Origin: Oligoflexales bacterium
GTDB taxonomy: Bacteria > Bdellovibrionota_B > Oligoflexia > Oligoflexales > Oligoflexaceae
DNA length: 64,000 nt
Assembly (NCBI GenBank): GCA_050251195.1
Contig: JBFWNG010000013.1
Location: 15,331 to 79,330 of the forward strand
Reading direction: 5' to 3'
The position numbers and the translations under genes are program-made. This document shows positions 45,827-58,360 of the stretch, in pieces (position 1 is the stretch's first letter; every line of letters begins with the position of its first letter). The notes beneath the pieces are model-generated. The model searched no databases. It saw only the letters and a program-made list of their open reading frames with translations, and was not told the DNA's origin.

Positions 45827-46510
45827 TCATTCTAAGCGAATAACAACTCTACGGTTGCTCGCCCGCGCTTTCGAAAGTGACTCACCCGAAAGACCATTTA
45901 CGGTAACCCTGGGTTTGGTGTCGGCATAAGCGGCTACTTTCGTTCTGTTTTTATCGGCACCAAGCGCATCGAGTTGGTTAAGAACAGTAATCGCTCTTGC
46001 CGCCGATAATTCCCAGTTGGATTTGAATTCGCCGCCACTTATCGGAATATCATCTGTATGCCCTTCGACTGTAATGTTGTATTTGGCGCTGGAACTCGCG
46101 AGGAACTTCAGTACGGTTGAGGTCATTTCGGAACTTTTGGGCGCAAGTTTCGCGGAGCCGGAGGGGAAAAGCACTTTTTCTTTGAACTCAATGGATACGC
46201 CCGCTTCGTCGGGAATGATTTCCACAACGTCTGACAGGTTTTTATCTTTTATTTCTGCAGCAACCTTAGCCTGTATTTTTTCGAGATTCATTTCGTTCTT
46301 CGCCTTCGCTTTTTCCGATACGGTGATGCCGTCGCTAACTTCCTCAAACTTTTTTGTATTTACCGTCGACATGGAGAGCATGAGGGCAAAAAATGCGATG
46401 TTGATAAAGCTCAAATCGCAAAACGAGGTCATCCAAAGACCCTCGTCTTTTTTCGTCTTCTTTGGCTTACTTGTGACGTAGGAACTATTAGGGGACAGAC
46501 CCATGGTCAC
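45827..46510 (-). CDS. motB: MotB-type stator protein (OmpA-like C-terminal domain)
   Basis: TM segment with conserved Asp (SFCDLSFINIAFF). OmpA-like VEGHTDDIPI...SNWELSAARA...NRRVVI. Confidence 0.7.
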   Translation of the reverse strand: MTMGLSPNSSYVTSKPKKTKKDEGLWMTSFCDLSFINIAFFALMLSMSTVNTKKFEEVSDGITVSEKAKAKNEMNLEKIQAKVAAEIKDKNLSDVVEIIPDEAGVSIEFKEKVLFPSGSAKLAPKSSEMTSTVLKFLASSSAKYNITVEGHTDDIPISGGEFKSNWELSAARAITVLNQLDALGADKNRTKVAAYADTKPRVTVNGLSGESLSKARASNRRVVIRLE

Positions 46511-46521
46511 GCCTTCCTCGA

Positions 46522-47304
46522 CTAACCCTGCTGGCGTCGCGCCGCAGGTTCATCGCCACCTTTGTTTTTGCTTCCGAACGTTTTCATAATATCTTTCATG
46601 TGAATGCTAGATTTTTTAGATTTGAGTCCAATGACTCCCTCGAGAACCATCAAATCGATTTCCAAACTTTTTTCCGCCTCGAGAGAGATTTTTTCGCCGC
46701 ATGGGGCGTACAACAACGTTCCCAAAAGCAGTCCATAAAGAGTCGTGATCATTGCGAGAGCCATACCGCCGCCAATCTTGGTTGGATCCTGCAAGTTCGA
46801 CATCATCGAAATAAGACCCATTAACGTTCCTATAAGGCCCACTGCTGGACTGGCTTTAGCCATGTTCTCAAAAAGGTTGGCCGAGAGCGACATGCGGCTT
46901 TGTTTTGCGTTGATCTTATTGGAAAGATTGTGACGAATCTCTTCGACAGTGAAGTCGTTAACGATCAATGAAATACCGTCCCGCAACAGCTCATAACGAA
47001 TGTGGTTGCGCACGTTCATCAGTGAGCCAATTCCCTGCGTTCGCACGAGTGCTGACGACTTTGTCAGAATTTCAATGACTTCGTTATGCGCTCTGTTTTG
47101 CGTTCTGAAAAGCGCTCTAAGTAATGTCGCAATACCGTTCAGAAAGTCCTTTATCGTGTGCGAAAGCAACAAGACGCTAGGAGGCATAAGGCCGATCAGG
47201 ACTAAAGCGGATTTGTCAAAGTATCCTGTAAATGTCCCATGAGGGTGGGTCAAGACATAATACAGGCTGAAGAATATCCCGCATACTGCGATGATGGGTG
47301 ACAT
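46522..47304 (-). CDS. motA: MotA/TolQ/ExbB-family proton channel (MotA-type)
   Basis: Four-TM layout and PAVGLIGTLMGLI motif. Adjacent to the motB-like gene. Confidence 0.7.
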   Translation of the reverse strand: MSPIIAVCGIFFSLYYVLTHPHGTFTGYFDKSALVLIGLMPPSVLLLSHTIKDFLNGIATLLRALFRTQNRAHNEVIEILTKSSALVRTQGIGSLMNVRNHIRYELLRDGISLIVNDFTVEEIRHNLSNKINAKQSRMSLSANLFENMAKASPAVGLIGTLMGLISMMSNLQDPTKIGGGMALAMITTLYGLLLGTLLYAPCGEKISLEAEKSLEIDLMVLEGVIGLKSKKSSIHMKDIMKTFGSKNKGGDEPAARRQQG

Positions 47305-47533
47305 TTGTCCATCCGAAAGTAGTTGTATACTTTCAGTCTAAGAGACCAGAATTTCCTTGTCAGTGGGCAAAACTTTCCAAGTGATAAGTCTATGTGATTT
47401 TGGGGAAATATATTTGGCAAAATACAAAAGTGACGTTGACCGATACTACAATCAGTGCTAAAAATTCCTCTGACTTAATTACCAACTACGAATAGCATCG
47501 GGTCGCGGATACAGATCTTACCGGAGGAGGCAC

Positions 47534-48442
47534 TTGGCTCTTATGAAGAAAGAAACCCCTGTTAAATATCAAAGTTCTGCCAACCTGTTTCAGTTTTGCC
47601 GCCTTGTCCTGGACAAAAAGTTTGGGGGGATCCGAGTCATTGATCAAGACGTAGGACAAATATTGGGTTTTGACCCTGCTGATTGTAGTCATTGGAAAAA
47701 GGGCAAGAAGAATATCAAGTCAATTCATGCCATGAAGGCGATAGCAGACCACCTTGGGGTGGATGAGCGGCTTGTTGTTGACGTTGCCAACGGCGAGATC
47801 AACGACAAAGAAGCGTTTTACGAGCTTTCCGGTTACGGCGAATTCAAGATTCAAGATCAGCTGTTCGATCAAGCAAGAAAAGAATACTACAGAAGAAACG
47901 TCAATACTTGGACTCGAGAGAAAGAAAGCGAGTTTCGCACCTTCTTTGATCTCAACGAGACAAGAATTAACGAAATCGTTAAAGAGATTCACCAGAAGAT
48001 CAATTTCAATGAAGCGCCGCTCTACTTGCCTGAAATCGCACAAGGGTACGCCGAATTGGAACTTGTGCCAACTGCGACCGACGAAAGTGAAATCAAGGTT
48101 GAGCGCCGCCAGGACAAGTGGGAGATTTTCTATCCAGGACAGATCAAGATGCGGCCCTATATCCGTTATCATATCGGCAAGTGTCTTGCTAAATATTTCC
48201 TCGAGAAAGAGGGTCTGCAGATTTCTAACGAGCTTGGCGAATACGCTGAGCGCGTGCACGATATTCAAACCAACCTATTCGCGGCCAAGCTTTTGACGCC
48301 GGCGAATCTTCTTCGAAAAGAGTTGGCAAATGTTAATCCAAGCAAAGATATTATTACGCAGCTTGCGGATATATTCTGGGTTTCGAAGACGTTTGTTAAT
48401 GTGCGGTTGAAGGAGATTTTGCAGACGAATCCTGAGTTGTAA
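47534..48442 (+). CDS. HTH (XRE-like) plus degenerate ImmA/IrrE (M78-like) domain protein
   Basis: The N-terminus is HTH-like (VGQILGFDPADCSHWKKGKKNI). The C-terminus RYHIGKC...NLFAAKLLTPANLL aligns to the M78 pattern HExxH...ANxFAxxLLMP but lacks the Glu and the second His. The start is TTG at 47534 or ATG at 47543, after GGAGGAGG. Confidence 0.5.
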   Translation: MALMKKETPVKYQSSANLFQFCRLVLDKKFGGIRVIDQDVGQILGFDPADCSHWKKGKKNIKSIHAMKAIADHLGVDERLVVDVANGEINDKEAFYELSGYGEFKIQDQLFDQARKEYYRRNVNTWTREKESEFRTFFDLNETRINEIVKEIHQKINFNEAPLYLPEIAQGYAELELVPTATDESEIKVERRQDKWEIFYPGQIKMRPYIRYHIGKCLAKYFLEKEGLQISNELGEYAERVHDIQTNLFAAKLLTPANLLRKELANVNPSKDIITQLADIFWVSKTFVNVRLKEILQTNPEL

Positions 48443-48638
48443 GAGATCCTTCGCTTCGCTCAGGATGACGGCTGGACGAGATCCTTCGCTTCGCTCCAAC
48501 CTGTCGGACAATTCCTTCTGCGTTTCCTTTATTCCGCGCTTCCGCGTTCAATTAAGAGATCTTGGAAACGCTGAAAGGGTCGGGCGCAAGCAAGATAGGT
48601 GCTCAGAATGACGGGCTCACAGCTCATCAGGATGATGG
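48441..48638. repeat. Mosaic of short dispersed repeats (family A x2 plus half copies, family B x1) between convergent genes
   Basis: Family A at 48441-48471 and 48475-48497. Family B at 48509-48551. A-like 3-prime halves (GCTCAGAATGACGG, GCTCATCAGGATGATGG) at 48601-48638. Confidence 0.65.
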
Positions 48639-48658
48639 GCAGCCTGCTTAGGACCGGC

Positions 48659-49576
48659 CTATTCGTCTAACTCTTTCTCCTGCTCGGGCTCTTTCTTGGT
48701 GTCGTCAATAGTCTTCCCTTCGGGAAGAGACAGCCACTGATCTGAGTTGAGCTCCACAACGTCAATTTTCTTCGCGCGGTTTTCGAACAAAAATCCTTCG
48801 GGATTTGCGATTTCCCTCTTGTGGCATTTCTCGATCTTGTAAAGTTTTGAAAAATAGGATGCATATCTGCCGTCAATGCCGCGACAGGCTTCGTGGAGCG
48901 GTATGATTTCAAGGATCTCCTCGGATGCAGATTCTGCCGGTTTGTTGAGGACCGAAGGAAACGGCGTTCCGTCCGTAAGGCTTTTGAGTTCGGCCGGCGA
49001 GAGCTCTACCAAAACTTGCGAGCTTTTCTTGTCGTGTTTGTGGGTCTCGTAGGTATCGTAATCGGGGAAAGCCCTCTTCTTGCAGTTCTCGACATAAAAG
49101 ATATCGTTGGTTTGGGAAATAACGTAGCTGTTGTTCACGCGATTGCAGCTAAATGCGGCCTTCTTTGGCGGTGATTCGATCGGTTTGCCGACGCGAAGTT
49201 TGCCAATCGTGTCGTTTTCAACATTGATAACCTTTTGATTACCTTTGAGGATGCCGTTGAGATAGTCTTGATCTCTGATTTCCCGACGTTTGCAATTTTC
49301 AATTTTATAGATGAATTCGTAGTATCCAAGAAGCTTGCCTTCGTACTTCCGACATTCCGCCAGTCGCTCGGCGGCGGTGTACGTTTTACGTGGGGGCGGC
49401 TTCCAGTCGTCTTTCATGGTTGTAGGTACGGCCTTCTTTTGTAGACCCGAATTGCCGGAACTTCCGGAAGGTTCTGGCTCGACATCACGCACCTCAAAAT
49501 CGCCCGAATAGTCGTCCTGTCCGAACAAAGAGGAACTTAGCGCCAATGAAAACAACGAATAGATGAGTAAACGCAT
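48659..49576 (-). CDS. Secreted protein with three internal Cys-containing repeats
   Basis: Signal peptide. Three modules of roughly 85 aa each contain ...C...(Y/F)(K/Y)(I/V)E(N/K)C(K/H)(R/K)R(E/A)(I/F). Confidence 0.65.
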   Translation of the reverse strand: MRLLIYSLFSLALSSSLFGQDDYSGDFEVRDVEPEPSGSSGNSGLQKKAVPTTMKDDWKPPPRKTYTAAERLAECRKYEGKLLGYYEFIYKIENCKRREIRDQDYLNGILKGNQKVINVENDTIGKLRVGKPIESPPKKAAFSCNRVNNSYVISQTNDIFYVENCKKRAFPDYDTYETHKHDKKSSQVLVELSPAELKSLTDGTPFPSVLNKPAESASEEILEIIPLHEACRGIDGRYASYFSKLYKIEKCHKREIANPEGFLFENRAKKIDVVELNSDQWLSLPEGKTIDDTKKEPEQEKELDE

Positions 49577-49655
49577 ACGGTGATATCTCCACTATCCATA
49601 CTATTATAGTGATAGATCTATGATAAATGGATTTGTAGGTTTTTACGAATAATTT

Positions 49656-53480
<3,825 letters not shown>

Positions 53481-53481
53481 A

Positions 53482-53682
53482 GTGGTTGTTTGGATTAACG
53501 GAGAAGAAAGGACTTTGGCGTCGGATACGTCTATCGCTGATCTTCTCCGAGATTTAGGCTATCGAAGCGATTTTGTGGCTGTCGCGATTAATAACGAATG
53601 CGTTAAACGAGCATCATTTCAAGCTCACATCGTCCGCGCTCAAGATCAGATCGAGATTCTTGCTCCAATGGCAGGGGGATAA
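53482..53682 (+). CDS. thiS: Sulfur carrier protein ThiS
   Basis: 66 aa ending in GG. GTG at 53482 follows AAGAGG. The track start at 53455 overlaps thiO. Confidence 0.85.
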   Translation: MVVWINGEERTLASDTSIADLLRDLGYRSDFVAVAINNECVKRASFQAHIVRAQDQIEILAPMAGG

Positions 53683-53684
53683 TA

Positions 53685-54482
53685 ATGGCGTTTCGTCTTT
53701 ATGGAGAAGTATTCCAGAACCGATTGATCATCGGTAGCGCGCAATATCCGTCGCTGGAGGTTTTGCGTGAATGCGTGCAAAGATCTGCGACAGAGATTCT
53801 TACTGTGTCATTGCGTCGAGAGTCGGCGGCTGCCCAAGCCAACGGGCGGTTTTGGGACTTCATAAAGGATTTGAACGTCAAGATACTTCCGAATACGGCG
53901 GGATGTCATAGCGCAAAGGAAGCGGTCTTGACGGCGCAGCTTGCTCGAGAATTATTCAATACTCATTGGATCAAACTCGAGGTCATTGGGAATGACGATT
54001 TGTTGGCTCCGGATCCTTTTGGGACCTTAGAGGCCGCCAGGATTCTCATTGCCGACGGATTCAAGGTTTTTCCCTACATCAATACGGATCTCATCGTTTG
54101 CGAAAAGCTTCGGGAGGCGGGGTGTGAGGTCATCATGCCATGGGGATCCTATATTGGTTCGGGGCGAGGCTTGGAGCATCTTTCGGGTCTAAGAATTTTA
54201 CGCAGTCGTTTGAAAGAAACGACCCTTATTGTTGACGCGGGTATTGGACGACCGTCACATGCCGTGCAAGCGATGGAGTTGGGCTATGATGGTGTTCTCT
54301 TGAACACGGCTATTGCCAAAGCTGTCGAGCCGCAGGCAATGTCCGAGGCGTTCAAGTTGGCAGTCGAGTCCGGGCGACGCGCCTATGAATCAGGATATAT
54401 TGAAGCGCAGGAGCGAGCTTTCGCATCGTCTCCCACGGTTGGTATGCCCATATGGCATGATTTGGAGCTAGGAAATGTTTAA
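53685..54482 (+). CDS. thiG: Thiazole synthase ThiG
   Basis: Full-length ThiG similarity (KLEVIGNDDLLAPDP, PWGSYIGSGRG). Confidence 0.95.
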   Translation: MAFRLYGEVFQNRLIIGSAQYPSLEVLRECVQRSATEILTVSLRRESAAAQANGRFWDFIKDLNVKILPNTAGCHSAKEAVLTAQLARELFNTHWIKLEVIGNDDLLAPDPFGTLEAARILIADGFKVFPYINTDLIVCEKLREAGCEVIMPWGSYIGSGRGLEHLSGLRILRSRLKETTLIVDAGIGRPSHAVQAMELGYDGVLLNTAIAKAVEPQAMSEAFKLAVESGRRAYESGYIEAQERAFASSPTVGMPIWHDLELGNV

Positions 54483-56031
54483 ACCGAGTGTTCTTTCGGT
54501 CGCTGGTTCGGATAGTAGCGTTGGGTCCGGCTTGCAAACGGATCTTAAGACAATTTCAACTCTCGGCGGACATGGAATGTGTGTGGTCACTGCCGTAACG
54601 GCGCAAACGCCCAGTCAAGTTTTGAGCGTTCAGTCGGTAGACGAGCGGATGCTTGACCAGCAATGGGACGCCGCTTTTATTCAAACCGTGCCGAAAGCGG
54701 TCAAAGTTGGTCTCATCCCCAGCCCAAACGTAGCGAGATGGATCGGAAGAAAACTGGCAGCACTACAACCTGGGATCGTGCGAATCTGGGACCCGATCCT
54801 TAAAGCTTCTTCGGGCGAAAATCTAAGCGACGGCGACGAAATGTCCGATGCGTCTCCCTTCAGTTACGAAGTTGGCGAGACTTGCTCGAACCATGCCTTG
54901 GTAGCAACGTCTCTCCAACATATTCTGCCATTTACCGATCTCGTCACCCCGAATATTCCCGAGGCAGAGAAAATGACCGGAATGGTGATCGCTAAACCAG
55001 AGGATTTCGTAAAGGCCGCTGCGCATTTGAGATCGCTTGGAGCGCGTGCCGTCCTTATTAAAGGCGGTCATATCCAAAGCAGCCTTGCCTCCGATTATTT
55101 TATGGACGGGGAAAGCGAGTTTTGGTTGGAATCGAAAATGCTGCCGGGTAACGTGCGAGGAACAGGGTGCAACCTTTCTTCCGCAATTGCCACATTTCTG
55201 GCTCGCGGTTTTTTGCTGCATGAATCACTCGTGATGGCAAAATCATATCTTTTCGACGGTATTAAAACCAGCTATCAAGCTGGTAGCGTGGATGTCAACT
55301 TTTTTGCCCATAAGCCTTGGCCTGGGCCGGCAAGCTCTCTTTGCGGAGTGCGTGACAAGGCGCCAGCAAAACCCTTGAGATTCAAAGGAATGAGCGGGGC
55401 AATCGGTTTTTATCCCATCGTCGACAGAGCGCACAAGATAGCAGATCTCATCGAATTGGGAGTTGGCGTGTGCCAGCTCAGAGTGAAAGATTTGGAAGGG
55501 AAGGCCCTTGAGCAAGAAGTGCGCGCGGCGACCGAAATGTGCCTTGGAACCCGAACTAAGCTCTTTGTAAATGATTATTGGAGGCTCGCGATCGAATTCG
55601 GCGCTTACGGCGTTCATCTGGGACAGGAGGATATTGCCGGTGCTGATCTGGAGCGGATTCAGTCAGCGGATCTCAGGCTGGGTTTGAGCACGCACAGCTA
55701 TTTTGAAGCGGCTCGCGCCAGTGTTCTTGGACCCAGTTATATTGCGTTGGGCCCGATATTTCCCACGACGTGCAAGTCCATGAGATTCGGTCCACAAGGT
55801 ATTCAAAAGATTTCCGAATGGGTATCTCTTTTGCCTTATCCAATTGTGGCCATTGGCGGAATTCGGCTCGAACACGGAACCAAAATCTTAGCCTCCGGGG
55901 TGTCTGGAATTGCCTTGATTTCGGATATTGACCACCCTACGGAGCGGCGCCATCGCATTAAGCAGTGGCTCAGCTTGTTCGCTGGAAGATCGTTTCCGCG
56001 AAGTGAGCCGGACGCTGTTCTTCTCGCGTAG
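54475..56031 (+). CDS. thiDE: Fused hydroxymethylpyrimidine/phosphomethylpyrimidine kinase (ThiD) and thiamine-phosphate synthase (ThiE)
   Basis: N-terminal VLSVAGSDSSVGSGLQTDLKT is ThiD. C-terminal FYPIVDRA...LRVKDL...VNDYWRLA...GVHLGQED...IAIGGI is ThiE. Confidence 0.9.
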   Translation: MFKPSVLSVAGSDSSVGSGLQTDLKTISTLGGHGMCVVTAVTAQTPSQVLSVQSVDERMLDQQWDAAFIQTVPKAVKVGLIPSPNVARWIGRKLAALQPGIVRIWDPILKASSGENLSDGDEMSDASPFSYEVGETCSNHALVATSLQHILPFTDLVTPNIPEAEKMTGMVIAKPEDFVKAAAHLRSLGARAVLIKGGHIQSSLASDYFMDGESEFWLESKMLPGNVRGTGCNLSSAIATFLARGFLLHESLVMAKSYLFDGIKTSYQAGSVDVNFFAHKPWPGPASSLCGVRDKAPAKPLRFKGMSGAIGFYPIVDRAHKIADLIELGVGVCQLRVKDLEGKALEQEVRAATEMCLGTRTKLFVNDYWRLAIEFGAYGVHLGQEDIAGADLERIQSADLRLGLSTHSYFEAARASVLGPSYIALGPIFPTTCKSMRFGPQGIQKISEWVSLLPYPIVAIGGIRLEHGTKILASGVSGIALISDIDHPTERRHRIKQWLSLFAGRSFPRSEPDAVLLA

Positions 56032-56042
56032 TTCGGTCGCCT

Positions 56043-56065
56043 GTTTTCGCTTCGCGAAAACTTTG
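56043..56065 (+). terminator. Hairpin after the thi operon (8-bp stem, 3-nt loop, short T run)
   Basis: GTTTTCGC-TTC-GCGAAAAC followed by TTTG, 12 nt after the stop. Confidence 0.4.
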
Positions 56066-56108
56066 CGGTGTGCTAGCATGCCGGCAGTCTAAAAAGGGAG
56101 AATAAGCC

Positions 56109-57146
56109 ATGAGCTCTATTGAACGGCTCGTTTCCTGTGGCACGAAGGTTTGGCTGGATTCCGTTGACCCGCAGCTCATCAAAAAATATATCGCTATCGG
56201 GATCACCGGCGCAACGTCAAATCCTATAATCATATCAAATCTCATCAAATCGGGAGCTGTCGACAAGACGCTCGTTTCACACTTGAAGTCTGGCAAGACT
56301 AACGACCATATCGCATGGTTGCTAACGGATGAGCTTGTTTCCGAGGCGGAAAAAGTCTTTCTTCCCGTTTACCAACGAACAAACGGCGATGACGGTTTTG
56401 TAAGCTTCGAGCTCGATCCGCTGCTCGAAGACAGCAACGGCATGTCTCTAAAGGAACGCGTTAAGCACTATGTTGATTTAGGGAAGAAATGGTCGGTTAA
56501 TCACCCCAATCGTATGCTGAAGGTTCCCGCTACTGACGCCGGCATTGCGGCGTTGACGGAGCTTGCGTATCACGGCGTCCCCCTCAACGTGACGTTGATT
56601 TTCACCGACAGACAATATGCTGCTGCTCGAAATGCTATTTTTGAAGGTGCAAGCGCACGCGGGAACTTAGATCGCTTTAAGGCGGTCTATAGCGTCTTCG
56701 TCTCTCGGATCGACGTTTATGTCGACAAAATGTATCCGAACTTGCCGCCCGAGGCTAAAGGGACGATGGGAATATTTAACGCGCAGAAGATGTGGCAGGA
56801 TAATGAGAAATTTTGGAAGCAGCATCCCTCCAAATTAAGGCATGAAATGATTTTCGCTAGTACGGGAGTAAAGAGCGCGACGGAAAAGCCCTGGAAGTAC
56901 GTCGCGTCATTGGCGGGCAGCGATATTCAAACCAATCCGCCGGAAACTCTCGCAGCTCTTGAGCAAAACGACATTACCTTTGAAAACACTCTTCAGATCC
57001 CAACATCCTCCGCAGTGCTTAGCGCCGCAGGAAAGATTGATTGGAAAAAGCTTGAGCAGGATTTGTTGCAAGAAGGTATCAAAAAGTTTGTCGACCCGCA
57101 GAAAGAATTATTGGCCCTTATCGAAACGAAGAGAAAGTCGCTTTAG
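56109..57146 (+). CDS. tal: Transaldolase
   Basis: VWLDSVDP...TGATSNP...VSFELDP...LKVPAT motifs. Confidence 0.9.
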   Translation: MSSIERLVSCGTKVWLDSVDPQLIKKYIAIGITGATSNPIIISNLIKSGAVDKTLVSHLKSGKTNDHIAWLLTDELVSEAEKVFLPVYQRTNGDDGFVSFELDPLLEDSNGMSLKERVKHYVDLGKKWSVNHPNRMLKVPATDAGIAALTELAYHGVPLNVTLIFTDRQYAAARNAIFEGASARGNLDRFKAVYSVFVSRIDVYVDKMYPNLPPEAKGTMGIFNAQKMWQDNEKFWKQHPSKLRHEMIFASTGVKSATEKPWKYVASLAGSDIQTNPPETLAALEQNDITFENTLQIPTSSAVLSAAGKIDWKKLEQDLLQEGIKKFVDPQKELLALIETKRKSL

Positions 57147-57161
57147 TTTAGGAGAAGCCTG

Positions 57162-57833
57162 ATGAAAACCGTCCCGATGACCGAAGAACTTTATCAATAC
57201 GTAATGAAGTTTTGTCCCCTTCCGCATCCGATTCTTAAGAAGGTGGAAGAGGAAACGGCTATACGTAAAGACAAAGGGATGCAGATTAGCCGCGATCAGG
57301 GCGCGTTCATGCACATGCTTGCGAAGCTTATGAATGCTGAAAATGCTATCGAGGTCGGATGTTTCACAGGCTATAGCGCTATTTCCATTGCGATGGGTTT
57401 ATCCAAGACGGGCAAACTCTACACGCTCGATATTGACGAAGACACTGCAAAGGTTGCGAAGAAGTACTTCGCGGACGCAGGGCTCGCAAACAAAATTGAA
57501 CACCTCCTTGGACCTGCGAACAAGAGTCTTGATACGCTTGCTCAAAAAGTTGGAAAAAATAGGTTCGATATCGCGTTCGTCGACGCCGACAAAACAGGGT
57601 ACCTAGGCTATTACGAACAGCTCCTTACGTTGATTCGTCCAGGCGGAATTATTATCGCAGATAATGTTATATGGGGCGGCAGTGTGATAGACTCTACTCA
57701 ACAGTCTGACGACACCAAAGCTGTAAGGAAGTTTGCGGAGGTAGTGTCGAGGGATGAGAGAGTGGACGTTATGATGCTACATATTTCCGATGGTCTCTTG
57801 CTTATTCGGAAAAAGGAAATTAACGAAAAGTAG
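57162..57833 (+). CDS. Class I SAM-dependent O-methyltransferase (caffeoyl-CoA OMT-like)
   Basis: IEVGCFTGYSAISIA, DIAFVDADK and IIADNVIWGG motifs. Confidence 0.85.
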   Translation: MKTVPMTEELYQYVMKFCPLPHPILKKVEEETAIRKDKGMQISRDQGAFMHMLAKLMNAENAIEVGCFTGYSAISIAMGLSKTGKLYTLDIDEDTAKVAKKYFADAGLANKIEHLLGPANKSLDTLAQKVGKNRFDIAFVDADKTGYLGYYEQLLTLIRPGGIIIADNVIWGGSVIDSTQQSDDTKAVRKFAEVVSRDERVDVMMLHISDGLLLIRKKEINEK

Positions 57834-57870
57834 TAGCTGTTTTTAGTTCCACGTAAAGAGGAGGCTTTTC

Positions 57871-58248
57871 TTGTTTGGTGTAGGACCTTTAGAACTAGTT
57901 GTAATTGTAGTTGCCGCTATTGTCTTTGTCGGCCCCAAAAGACTGCCTGAAGTTATGAAGCAGATGGGGCGTTTTTTCGTTCAGGCTCGTCGTTATTCGA
58001 ACGAAGTGAAAAGCGGTTTCAACGAAGTGGTAAGACAGGCTGAAGACGAACTTCGACAAGAAGAACTCAAGAAAATCAGGGATGAACTCAAAGAAGACGT
58101 TAAGGCTGCACTCCCTGACAAAAGTGAAGTTTTTGTTCCCTCTTTTAAAAAACCCCAAGAGAAGCCACCGGGGGACCACGGCCCTGATTTCTTTGCCGGT
58201 GATAACCCCGAAGATGTTAATTCGCTGAATGAGAAAGATTCAAAATAA
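57871..58248 (+). CDS. tatB: Twin-arginine translocase subunit, TatB-like
   Basis: MFGVGPLELVVIVVAAIVFVGPKRLPE followed by an amphipathic helix. 125 aa. TTG start. Confidence 0.75.
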   Translation: MFGVGPLELVVIVVAAIVFVGPKRLPEVMKQMGRFFVQARRYSNEVKSGFNEVVRQAEDELRQEELKKIRDELKEDVKAALPDKSEVFVPSFKKPQEKPPGDHGPDFFAGDNPEDVNSLNEKDSK

Positions 58249-58360
58249 GCCATCGTCATGGTAAATTATTACTATTGGTTTCCAAATAGGTTCCCATAAG
58301 TTCTCTATTTTATTTGCGGTTTTTTACGCCCCCTCCATAATTTAGTATTTTGAGGATGCA

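Noticed and set aside
47305-47420. Sigma54 (TGGAAAGTTTTGC) or sigma28 promoter upstream of motA.
   Set aside because: The GG-to-GC spacing is 2 nt too short for a sigma54 -24/-12 element. No TAAA-N15-GCCGATAA match is present.
48275-48511. 78-aa minus-strand ORF (…AVILSEAKDLLQL…).
   Set aside because: It reads through the dispersed repeats and overlaps the 3-prime end of the 47534-48442 gene.
47534-49576. Prophage, ICE or defence islet suggested by the HTH/ImmA-like gene and the repeat-rich spacer.
   Set aside because: There is no integrase, recombinase, phage structural gene, toxin or nuclease gene, and no flanking tRNA. The ImmA-like domain lacks catalytic residues.
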